Positions 26,101 to 38,100 of a DNA stretch of 64,000 nucleotides are shown here, piece after piece. Position 1 is the stretch's first letter. Every line of letters begins with the position of its first letter. Both the position numbers and the translations under genes were made by a program. The notes beneath the pieces were generated by a model. It saw only the letters and a program-made list of their open reading frames with translations. It had not been told where the DNA came from and did not search any database. Source of the DNA: Mobula hypostoma (Eukaryota); the NCBI RefSeq assembly GCF_963921235.1, contig NC_086108.1, positions 102,302,001-102,366,000 on the forward strand, given 5' to 3'.

Positions 26101-29100
26101 TTGTACACCACGGTTCTTTTACTCTACCATCCCTTCCCTGCCTCAAAGGAACATTTGTTTCCTGAACATTTGCCACATTTCTGCCGTGCATTTCCCTGAG
26201 AACATCAGCTCCCATTCTATGTTCCCAAGTTCCTGCCTAACAGCATCATATTTCCCCCACCCCAATTAAATGTTTTCCCAAATTGTCTGCTCCTATCCCT
26301 CTCCAGCGCTATGGTAAAGGAGATAGAGTTATGATCACTACCTCCAAAATGCTCTCCCACCAAGAGATCTGACACCTGACCAAGTTCATTTTCCAATACT
26401 AGATCAAATATAGCCTCTCAAGGGATGACTGCGCAAGCGCGTGGATGTCAGTGAGTTAGACTGGCGCAAAGTTTAAAAGGAGACAGCTTTACAGAGCGGG
26501 CGACAGAGTACGAGGGCTTTGGTTCAACGGGGTTTCGGTGATAACGGGTCTGTGAAGAATAGAAGCAGGAAGTATGTCTGTGAGGCCGGCGTTCTGTACT
26601 GGGTGTCAGATTTGGGAAGTGCGGGGGTAGACTCCCAGCCTCCTGGATGGCCTCATCTGTGCCAGGTGCATCGAGTTGCGGCTCCTTAAGGATTGTGTTA
26701 GGAAACTGGAGCTGCAGCTCGATGACCTTCATCTGGTCAGGGAAGGTGAGGAGGTGATAGAGAGGAGCTATAGGCAAGCAGTCACACCAGGGCTTCGGAA
26801 GACAGATAAGTGGGTAACAGTCAGGAGAGGGAAGGGAAAGAGGCAGATATTAGAGAGTACCCCAGTGGCTGTCCCCCTTAACAATAAATACTCCTGTTTC
26901 AGTACTGTTGGGGCGAATGGCCTACCTGGGGGAAGCAACAGTGGCCGCACCTCTGGCAGAGAGACTGACCCTGTGGCTCAGAAGAGTAGGGAAAGGAAGA
27001 AGGCCGCAGTAATAGGGAACCCCATAGTTAGGGGGTCAGACAGGTGATTCTGTGGATACAGGAAAGAAACGCGTCGCGGATGGTAGTTTGCCTCCCAGGT
27101 ACCAGGGTCCGGGATGTTTCTGATCGTGTCCACAATATCCTTAAGTGGGAAGGTGAACAGCCAGAGGTCATGGTACATAATGGTACCGACGACATAGGTA
27201 GGAAAGGGAGGAAGTCCTGGAAACAGACTACAGGGAGTTGGGAAGGAAGTTGAGAAGCAAGACCTCAAAGATAGTATTCTAGGGATTACTGCCTGTGCCG
27301 CATGACAGTGAGTATAGGAATAAAGTGAGGTGGATGATGAATTCGTGGCTGAGGGATTGGAGCAGGGGGCAGGGATTCAGATTTCTGAATCATTGGGACC
27401 TCTTTTGGGGCAGGCATGACCTGTACAAAAAGAGCGGGTTGCACTTGAATCCCAAGGGGACGAATATCCTGGTGGGGAGGTTTGCTAAGGTTATTGGAGA
27501 GAGTTTAAACTAGAATTGCTGGGGTGTGGGAAACAAAGTGAAGAGACAGAGTAAGGCTCACAAATAGAAAAAGTTTGTAGACAGTGCAAGAGGTGATAGA
27601 GAAGGGATGCACTCCGACCGATGGTTTGAGATGTGTCTATTTTAATGCAAGGTGTATTATGAACAAAGTGGATGAGCTCAAAGCGTGGATCAGTACTTGG
27701 AGCTATTGTGTTATGGCCATTACAGAGACTTGGATGGTCCAGGGGCAGGAATGGTTACTTAGAGTGCCAGGCCAGACTATAGATGTTTTAGAAAGGACAG
27801 GGTGGGAGGCAAAAGAGGTGGGGGTGTGGCACTGCAGATGGCCTTCCCTTATCCCGAGAAGTCAAAGGTTAAAGGAGAGAGGTGAAACATTTAAGGGGAA
27901 CCTGAGGGAGAACCTCTTCACTCAGAGGGTGTTGAGTGTGTGGAACGAGCTGCCAGTGGAAGTGCCAGATACCAATATTTAAGAGAAATTTGGATAAGTA
28001 CGAGGATAGGAGGGGTATAGAGGGCTATAGTCTGGGTGCAGATCGATGGGACTTGGCAGAATAGTAGTTTGGTATGTATAACATGGACTGAAGGACCTGT
28101 TTATGTGCTGTAGTGCTCTGTGACTTCATGACCTGAATTCCCTTATCACCTGCCAGCTCATGCTCCTCATCCCTACCCCCTAACCCTTTTGCTCAGGCTT
28201 CTGCCCTCTTCCTACACAGTCATAATGAAGAGTCCTGGTATGAAACATCGATTCTTCATTTCCCCCCTTGGTGTTGCCTGCCTGGCTGAGTTTCTCCATC
28301 ATTTTGAGTCAGAGGTATACTTACTGATCTGGACTGAATGCCCTGTCTTCCTGCTGCATGTTCTATACAATTCTGTGAAAGCATTTGCCCCTGTATCCCT
28401 TGTGAATAAAATAAAGTTTTCAACTTTTGGGGTTAACAGACTTGCAGGAGTAAAGGACTTGCTATTAGAGAAGAAAGGGAGTTCCACCATCGCTAATCAA
28501 AGGTTTAAACAGCCCCTCAAAAGCATGTGGAATCGAGTGGTAACAGGTGCATTGTTGCTACGGAAATATCTTTGTCAATAAAAATAATTCTAATGATTCC
28601 CTTTTGAAGTTGGAGGATATGGAGAGGCTAATTAGAATTCAAAATAGGACGAAAAAGTACTTTCTTGAACATGGTACTTCAGAGCAGAGGGAATTTGTGA
28701 TGTCCTTTCATGTATTGTTGCAATGACCAGGGCCAGTGCCGTGCTCTGTGAACAGTGAAAAGGACTTGAAGGGCACTGCGTAAACGCTAGTCTTTCTATT
28801 CCCTTTAATTCTCTTACAGGCTCACTAATTGTGTACAAATTGCCTTTCAATCCTTTTGTCAGTCAGGTACAGCAAGAGTTATTAATCTCGAGAGTAGGAG
28901 TTGTCCCACGTACAGTGGTTGAGAAACAATTTCCCACTGTCAGAATTACCGCAATCGTGTAACATGAGCCCGATGAGATTTTAGCTAGTGCTTTTAGTAT
29001 CTGTACTATGTAAAGCCTTGGTTCACATTTTTACTGTTATTCTGTAGGTATTTCATTTAGCAGTTCTGTAAGAGCAGTCTGTTCTGCTTTCAGCCTTTTT

Positions 29101-32100
29101 GGGGTATTGTTGAAGATAAGAGATGATGAGGAACGTGTGCCATCCAATTAGGATGGTTGAACTTGGGGGAGGTTTTATTTTGGTGAGGGACACTGAGGTT
29201 GGTCTTGGGGGTTTTGTTCAGTGGGAGATGAAGAGAGAAGTCGCTGGAGAGAACAGGTCGCCTGATTCGATCTGGTCCCAGGCCGTGATTGGATGAAGCC
29301 AGGTGTCGAGATCGACTGAGGATCAGGGAATATGGTGAAACACTGAGCTCCAACTTGTGCACATTTGACTGTTAAATTAGAATGAGCCCTTTTCTTTTTG
29401 TTTTTCTTTACTAACCCTTTGGTTAAGATTCATAAATATAATTCCTTTGATCGTATGCAGTGTACTGTCTGTCATTTTGTAGCACTAATTTGTACCAGGG
29501 TAGTAAATTACACAGCATCCACACAAACTGGGGTTTGAGATAGGGGAGCCATCTCAATCCAACAGGTTTGGTGGGACCGGAGAGTATCTTCCCTAGACTT
29601 ATGCAGTCAAGGAAACCAGGGGGTTTCATTATGGGATCCAGGATCGATTTCGTTGGATGCTGTGAGATTGCCATGAGCATTGAGCCAGTGGTTGTGCTAA
29701 ACTATTGTCTGGTTAAAGTGTGAGATATGTGGGTATGGACGCTGCAGGGGTTGAGCGGTGATGTGAATCCATGGGGTTACCAGTAAGGAATGTGTGTGTA
29801 TTGAGTGGGGTAGACATTCGCATCCCTGACGAATTGTTAATTCAAACTTTAAGTACTGTTAAAGCAATAGGAGCAGTTACAATTATGGAGTGGAGGTTTG
29901 ATAAAATGGCGGGCAAAGACTTTGTTTTAGTTCAGACTAGCGTGGACGTAACAGCAGTGGATCTGCCTGGTACTATTGGGGCCCCGGGAGAGAGGGTGCC
30001 ATGGGCTGTCCATATTTTCCGGGAGGAGGGGAGTGTAGGTGATCTTGCCAAGTCAGAAGCCAAGTTTCCCATGGCTGGGGGCGGAGACTTAGAAACCATA
30101 GAAAACTACAGCACAGAAACAGGCCTTTTGGCCCTTCTTGGCTGTGCCGAACCATTTTCTGCCTAGTCCCACTGACCTACACATGGACCATATCCCTCCA
30201 TACACCTCCCATCCATGTATCTGCCCAATTTATTCTTAAATGTTAAAAAAGAACCCACATTTACCACCTCATCTGGCAGCTCATTCCGTACTCCCACCAC
30301 TTTCTGTGTGAAGAAGCCCCCCCTAATGTTTCCTTTAAACTTTCCCCCCCCTCACCCTTAACCCATGTCCTCTGGTTTCTTTCTCCCCTTGCCTCAGTGG
30401 AAAAAGCCTGCTTGCATTCACTCTATCTATTCCCATCATAATTTTATATACCTCTATCAAATCTCCCCTCATTCTTCTACGCTTCAGGGAATAAAGTCTT
30501 AACCTATCCAACCTTTCTCTGTAACTGAGTTTTTCAAGTCCTGGCAACATCCTTGTAAACCTTTTCTGCACTCTTTCAACCTTATTTATATCCTTCCTGT
30601 AATTTGGTGACCAAAACTGAACACAATACTCCAGATTCGGCCTCACCAATGCCTTATACAACCTCATCATAACATTCCAGCTTTTATACTCAATACTTTG
30701 ATTAATAAAGGCCAATGTACCAAAAGCTCTCTTTACGACCCTATCTACCTGTGACGCCACTTTTAGGGAATTTTGTATCTGTATTCCCAGATCCCTCTGT
30801 TCTACTGCACTCCTCAGTGCCTTACCATTAACCCTGTATGTTCTACCTTGGTTTGTCCTTCCAACGTGCAATACCTCACGCTTGTCTGTATTAAACTCCA
30901 TCTGCCATTTTTCAGCCCATTTTTCCAGCTGGTCCAAGTCCCTCTGCAGGCTCTGAAAACCTTCCTCACTGTCTACTACACCTCCAATCTTTGTATCATC
31001 AACAAATTTGCTGATCCAATTTACCACTTTATCATCCAGATCATTGATATAGATGACAAATAACAATGGACCCAGCACTGATCCCTGTGGCACACCACTC
31101 GTCACAGGCCTCCACTCGGAGAAGCAATTCTCTACTACCACTCTTTGGCTTCTTCCATTGAGCCAATGTCTAATCCAATTTACCACCTCTCCATGTATAC
31201 CTTGCGACTGAATTTTCCTAACTAACCTCCCATGTGGGTTCTTGTCAAAGGCCTTACTGAAGTCCATGTAGACAATATCCACTGCCTTCCCTTCATCCAC
31301 TTTCCTGGTAACCTCCTCGAAAAACTCCAACAGATTGGTCAAACATGACCTACCATGCACAAAGCCATGTTGACTCTCCCTAATAAGCCCCTGTCTATCC
31401 AAATGCTTGTAGGTTCTGTCTCTTAGTACTCCCTCCAATAACTTACCTACTACCGATGTTAAACTCACCGGCCTATAATTTCCCGGATTACTTTTCGATC
31501 CTTTTTTAAACAACGGAACAACATGAGCCACTCTCCAATCCTCTGGCACCTCGCCTGTAGACAGCGACATTTTAAATATTTCTGCCAGGGCCCCTGCAAT
31601 TTCAACACTAGTCCCCTTCAAGGTCCGAGGGAAGACCCTGTCAGGTCCCGGGGATTTATCCACTTTAATTTTCCTCAAGACAGTAAGGACCTCCTCCTTT
31701 TCGATCTGTACATTACTTCAAAGACGGGTTGCTGTCATTTCTGCGAGGGGAAGGAATGGTCTAATGAGTCCTCCAGCGAGGGGGTCAGCATTCTGAGTTG
31801 GTAACGGCCCTTACCTCCGTGGCGAATAAATGGCCCAGTGCACAGGCGGGGGGGGGTCCTAGTTATCGTAGGCTGAGAGTATTCTCAGGAGTGAAGTCCA
31901 CCCCTGAGGGGAAAGAGGAGTATGAGAGTAGGGCGGAGCAGACCTCTCTGATGCTGGATGAGTGGCAGTGATCTAATGATGTAAGAAGGCAGTGATTGGT
32001 GGAGAGTCTGAGGGGGCCGGCTGCTGACATAGTGAGATCCATAAAGACACAGAGCCCCTTTGCTACTTCTGCAGTATACATGCAAGTGCTAGAAAATGTG

Positions 32101-35100
32101 TTTGGTGCGACAGGAAGCCCAATGGAGCTTATGATGGGGTTTCAGAACATATTTCAGGAGAAGGGGGAGAAATTTTCCGGCTAGAGAGGCAGCAGAGTTG
32201 CTTGCGGCGTAGAGAGGCCATTCAACCGGTGGAGGTGAATCAGTTAAGAATGGACCAAATAGCGATCACAGGACATGATCTTTTCGGGTCTCTGAGTGTC
32301 TTGTAAGACACACCCCACCTCCGTGGTTTGTTGAGCTGATCAGAGGAGGAAAATGTGATGGAGGTGCTGGAGCCCTCCGTTACCAGGGTACAGTCCTCGG
32401 TGGTATCCCCCTTGGCTGGAGTGACCACTGATACCCCACCCCAGGAAATGGTAAAGGAGCTCGTAGCAGAGTTGAGAACTGAGATGGCCAGGTTGTTCTT
32501 GGCAGGTGTGGTCACCCTGTACGACAAAGTCAATAGGGAGGTGAACCCCACTGAGGGGAAGGACTAAGCAGAGGGCTGCTAGTGACCAGGGTCCCACAAG
32601 AAGGGGAATGACTGGTGAAGAAAGACACCAGGCAGGAGTGTGAAAGACGGGAAACCCCTCCGAGAGTGAGCCCCCGGATACCTAAGTGGGGAGAGACATT
32701 GGGAAACTTAGAGGAGACCCAGTGAGGGAATGGCCTGGCATCTCAGGGGGAACATGTTCCCAGCAATATACCAAAGAGCACCCTAAAGAAAAAAAACCCT
32801 ATTCCTGAAGGTTTAGTGGGGCCAAGCTCCAGTGTATTGCTACGGATTGAGAGTATTTGTGCTAGAGCCATACTTGACACGGGCTGTCAGGTTACTTTGC
32901 TATACCGTTCGTTTTACAACCAGTATTTGACACATTTACCATTGACGCAAGTCAGTGCACTAGAGATCTGGGGTCTTAGTATGGATGACTATCCATATGG
33001 TGGTTACTTGTAAGTGAAACTGGAGTTTTTGGAGGCAGATGTGCTAGTAGCTGAGGTCCTTGATACATTAGTGCTGGTTTGTTCGGACACCACTGAGAAG
33101 GGCGAAGTTTCAATTCTTGTGGGGACAAATACTCCTATTGTGAGGAGGCTAGTGGGAGCCAGCAAAGAGAGAGTTGGAGAGAACTTTCTGAAAACACTGT
33201 CTATTCACCCTGTGTTCTGAGGTGCTTTTGAGGAAGTGTGTGGCCGCACTGGGCTGGATGATGAGCATAGACGAGGGACTGTGTGGTACACCCAGTCAAA
33301 ACCAGTCGCGTTACAGCCTGGGGACGTAGGTAAAGTGACGGGAAACCCTAAATTTCCCAGAATGCCTGAGGCCGAGGCTGTCTTTGTGGATGCTCCGGAA
33401 GACCATGAAGAGGAGTCACGCTTACCTGCTGAGGTACTGGTGAGGCCCGAAATGCAGAAATCCTCGGTTGTACAGGTGAACAGAATGGCAGTGATTGTCA
33501 GGAACACTGCAGAGAGGGAGGTGATGCTTAGGCGGGGTGCGCCTCTTTTCCGTGATGGTAATCTCTAGTGTCCCTGTGAGACTAGTCAGGGAGAAACTCT
33601 TCGAAAAGGATAAGTTGACTGCTAAGTCATTCAACTTTGGGGACTCCCCGGTACCTAAAGGTTGGAAGGGGAAGTTGATAGAGAAGATGTTGAAGCTGGA
33701 AGATGTCTTTTCTACTGATGAGATTGATGTAGGTTGTTCCAAGAGCACTCACTACCCTCCGGGTGACAGAGGACACCCCATTCAGAGAAAGTTCGTGGTG
33801 GCTGGCGCCTGCAGAGGTGAAAAACGTTTGGCAACATTTGCGGAAGCTGAAGGAAGCTGGGGTCATCACTGAGTCCAGAAACCCCTATGTGTCTCCAATA
33901 GTGGTGACCAAAAAGAAGAATGAGAAGGTATGGGTGTGTGTGGACTATAGGACTCTGAACAGGCGTACAGTCCCCGACCATTATACAGTTTTGAGGATCG
34001 AAGATGCGCAGGGCTGTCTGGGTGTTGCAAAGTTGTTCAACATGCTGGACTTGAGGCGTGGGTATTATTAGATCCCCATGAGTGAGGCAGACAAACAGAA
34101 GAGTCCGCTGGGATCCTTCCAGTTTGAAAGAATCCCCCAGGGCATATCCAGAGCATCGGCGACTTTCCAGCGTGTCATGGAGAAAACGGTGGGAGATATG
34201 AACTTGCTTGACGTGTTGGTGTACCTGGATGATCTTATAGTGTTTGGGTCCACCCTGGAAGAACATGAAGCAAGGCTGCTGAAGGTGCTGTGCGGCCTGA
34301 AAGCTGAAGGGTTAAAATTTTCCCTGGACAAGTGCCAGTTCTGTAAAGCGTTTGTCAACTATATTGGGCACATAGTCTCACGGATTGGAGTAGCTATAGA
34401 TCTGTCTAAGATACAGGTGGAGACAACCTAGCCGGGCCCCAGACTGTGAGCATCCTGCGTTCGTTGCTTGGATTCTGTGGGTACTATCCAGAGGTTTGTG
34501 AAGGACTGCTCTAAAGTGAGTCACCCTTTACATCAGCTTCTGTGTGGTGACCCCCGCCCCCGGGGAAGAAAGGGAGGAGGACAAAAGGAGAGGAGGGTAA
34601 AGATTATCTTAGCCCTTCAGAGCCCTTTGGAGCAAGATCGGATGCGAAATGTGAAGAGGCCTTTCAGTTACTGAAGGAGCTGCTGACAAAAGCGCCGGTG
34701 CTGGTTTTTGCAGACCCCCAGTGGCCGTATGTACTGAATACGGATGCCAGCAGAGAGGGTTTAAGTAGTGTCCTGTATCAGGATCAGGGCACAGGGTTGA
34801 GTCCTGTTGCGCTTGTCAGCCAGAGTCTGACGCCCTCTGAGCAAAACTATCCCAAGCACAGGTTGGAGTTCCTGGCATTGAAATGTGTTGCGGTGGATAA
34901 GCTTAAGCGATTATCTATATGGTGCCAAGTTTGAGGTGAGGACGGACAACAATCCCTTATATTCTGGCCTCAGTGAAACTAGCTGCCCATTGTCATCGGT
35001 GATTGGCAGCATTGTCTGCCTATGATTTCAGCCTGAATAACCAGCTGGGAAGTAGGAACATTGATGCCGATGCACTGTCCCGATGTGTGCATGAAGAGCT

Positions 35101-38100
35101 AGACAGGAACAGAGAGTGGGAGAGCGTTCCTGCTCCTGGAGTGAAAGCCATGTGCCAGTCTTCCATCACGGGGAAGGTAGAGGAGAGGCAAAGGCAGAAT
35201 CGAGCAGTAGATATTTGGGAACTTCTGAAGCTTTCTACAACCTGACTGTTCTGAAGACAAAAGCAGTTGCTGGAATTGAGTCCTGGGAAAGTGGCAGCTG
35301 CTTAGTGTGATGACCAGGGCAGTGGTACCTTTTAATCAGCGATTGTGAAAGGGGACATGGCCCAAGTGGACAAGATGAAACACTCTGCGGTGTCTCTATT
35401 ACTGAGAGAATGGCCCAGATTGGAGTTGAGGAGCCAGATCCGAGTTGAGGAACCAGATCCTATACAGGTCATATTGCCTGCAGACCAACCTCGGCATTCC
35501 CAGCTGGTTCTGCCAGAGAAGTATCGGAGGATTGTGTTGAAGTCACTTCACGATGATTCTGGCCACTTGGGGATTTAGAAGACCTATGAGATCAGAGATC
35601 GGTTCTACTGGCCCCAAATGAAGCTAGAGGTTGAAGAGTACTGCAAGTTGTGCATTCAATATATACGGAGGAAGATGCTGCCTACAAGAGGCGCTCCGTT
35701 GTCCAACTTGCAGAATGCGGGGCTGCTTGACTTAGTGTGAATGGATTTCCTGTTATTAGAGCCAGATGCCAGCAACATGATGAATGTCTTGGTTATTACA
35801 GATCACTACACGAGATATGTACAAGCCTTCCCTACCAAGGATCAGGGGATGTCCACTGTGTCCAAAGTGTTATGGGAGAAGTATTTCATTTATTATGGCC
35901 TCTCCAGGCAGGTACATAGCAATCAGGGACAGGATTTCAAGAGTAGGCTTATATTTGAGTTACTGAGCATGCTTGGAGTCGAGAAGTCAAGAACTAGGCC
36001 TTATCACCTGTAGGGTGATCCCCAGCCTGAGACCTTGCTAGACATGCTCGGAACCTTGGAGATTAGCAAAAAGAACAAGTGGAGTCAACATATTGGACAC
36101 CTGGTCTACTGCTACAACTGTACACGGAATGAAGCTACCGGGTACTCACCATATTATCTGGTGTTTGGGCGCGAGGCGCGATTGCCCGTTGACCTCTGTT
36201 TTGGGACTGGCGAGGAAGATCTCCTGCCGAAGACTTATCTAAAGTATGTATCTATCTGATATGAGAAGGGAGCTGAAAAGGGCTTATCAATTAGTGAGCT
36301 CTCTGCTACCAAGCAGAATCAAGGAAATAAGAGGAGGTATGATCAAAAGGCTAGGTTCTCCAAACTCATGCCTGGAGACTGAATCTTCATAAGTTGGCTG
36401 ACCACTAGGCATCTACTCCCTCTGTAGTGGAGAGTCAGGTGCCAAACGTACCAGCTTTCTGGGTGAAACCAGAGGATGAGAATGGGCCTGTCAAGATTCT
36501 CCATTAGAACCACCTTCTACCTTTGGGACAAGAGGTGCGTGTTGACCCTGAACCTGACCCAGATCCTACACCTAATAAGAGGAGTTGTGGGGAGTTGTGG
36601 GGAGACTGAAGGACCAGCAGCGGGAAGGATTAGCCCGACCCCTGCCCCTGAATGGGATATGGAGTCAGAGGATGAGGAAATGGGGGTGCGGTATGTGCCG
36701 CTTTGCGCTAACTCCCCACTAATTGAGGAAGAGATTTCCAACCCTTCTCACGCTGAGGCAGGTAAAATGGGAGAGACAGGCAGGGTTGCAGCTGGACCGT
36801 GAAGTGAGGCTGGGCTTTAAAGTAACTGGGAATGAAGCTGAGCTCAGCCGAGTAGCCTGAAGGCAGGAGTAACAGACCGGGGAAGGCCTCACCACGTAGA
36901 CCTGAAGTTTCCCAAGGAGTGACTGAAACTGAAGAAGTAGATGATGGGATTAGGGGGTCTCAAAGAGTCGGAAGACTCCTAGATAGGCTGGCCAATGTAG
37001 CACTGAGGGAACAGAGTGTTGCGACAATCCCCGAGTGAGATATGTCACTACCATTTACAAATGGATTGGAGGTTCTGACATCACAAAATTCCTTTGAAAA
37101 CGGTGTTATTAATGATGGGATGACAAATATTTCAAAGTCATGAGGACATGTCTATTTGTGGTGAGGGGAGAGTGTAATGCCCTGGTTCACATCTTTACTG
37201 TTATGCTGTAGGTATTTCAGTTAGCAGTTCTGTAAGAGCAGTCTGTTCTGCCTTCAGCCTGTTTGGGTTATTGCTGAAGATGAGGGATGATGAGGAATGT
37301 GTGCCATCCATTTAGGTTAGTGGAACTGGGGGGAGGTTTTTTTTGGTGAAGGATACTGAGGTTGATCTAGGGGCTTTTGCTCGGCGGGAAATGAACAGAG
37401 AAGACTCTGGAGAGAACAGGTCGTAGGATTCGACCTGGTGCGGGACCACGATTGGATGAAGCCAGGTGCCGAGACTGATTGAGGATCAGTGAATATGGTG
37501 AAACATTGAGCTCCAACTTGTGCACATTTGACTGTTTAATTAAAATGGGCCCTTTTTGTTTTTCTTTACTAGACCTTTAGTTAAGATTCATAAACATAAT
37601 TCCTTTGATCGTATGCAGTGTACTGTCTGTCATTTTGTGGCACTAATTTGCAACAGGGTAGTAAATTACACAGCATCCACACAAACTGGGGTTTGGGGTG
37701 AGATGAGCCATCTCGATCACATGGGTTTGGCTGGACCAGAGAGGGTCTTCCCTAGACTTACACAGCCATGGAAACCAGGGGGTTTCAACTTCTTTGTGAG
37801 GGAGAGTCACTCTAATTTTTGCTTTTCCTTACAGCCAAGCATGGATTGTACCAGCATACAAGTGGAGGTATTGATGCAAAAGCTGATGAGGAGCAAATCT
37901 GAAAATATTGTGAGTATTTTACATTCATCGTTCAAGGGCAGCATGGTAACATAGCAGTTAGTAGAACATTATCCCAGCGCTAGTGACCTAGTTTCAATTC
38001 CAGCACAGTCTATGATTATGTGGGTTTCCTCCAGGTGCCCAGACTTTTCCCCACATTCCAAAGGTGTTTAGTAAGTTAATTGGTCATATGGGTGTAATTG

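Larger units (their letters stand above)
29009..37787 (+). mobile_element. Full-length decayed Ty3/Gypsy LTR retrotransposon with PNMA-like Gag
   Basis: TG..CA LTRs 29009-29628 and 37173-37787; PPT GAGGGGAGAG at 37163-37172; flanks ACTA/ACTT; Gag LVESLRGPAADIV; protease ILDTGCQV; RT YLDD; RNase H TDAS; integrase MDFL..VITDHYTRY; many stops and frameshifts. Confidence 0.95.

Noticed and set aside
29771..32567. Domesticated PNMA-like host gene
   Set aside because: Inside an LTR element with pol; broken by stops, frameshifts and a CR1 insertion
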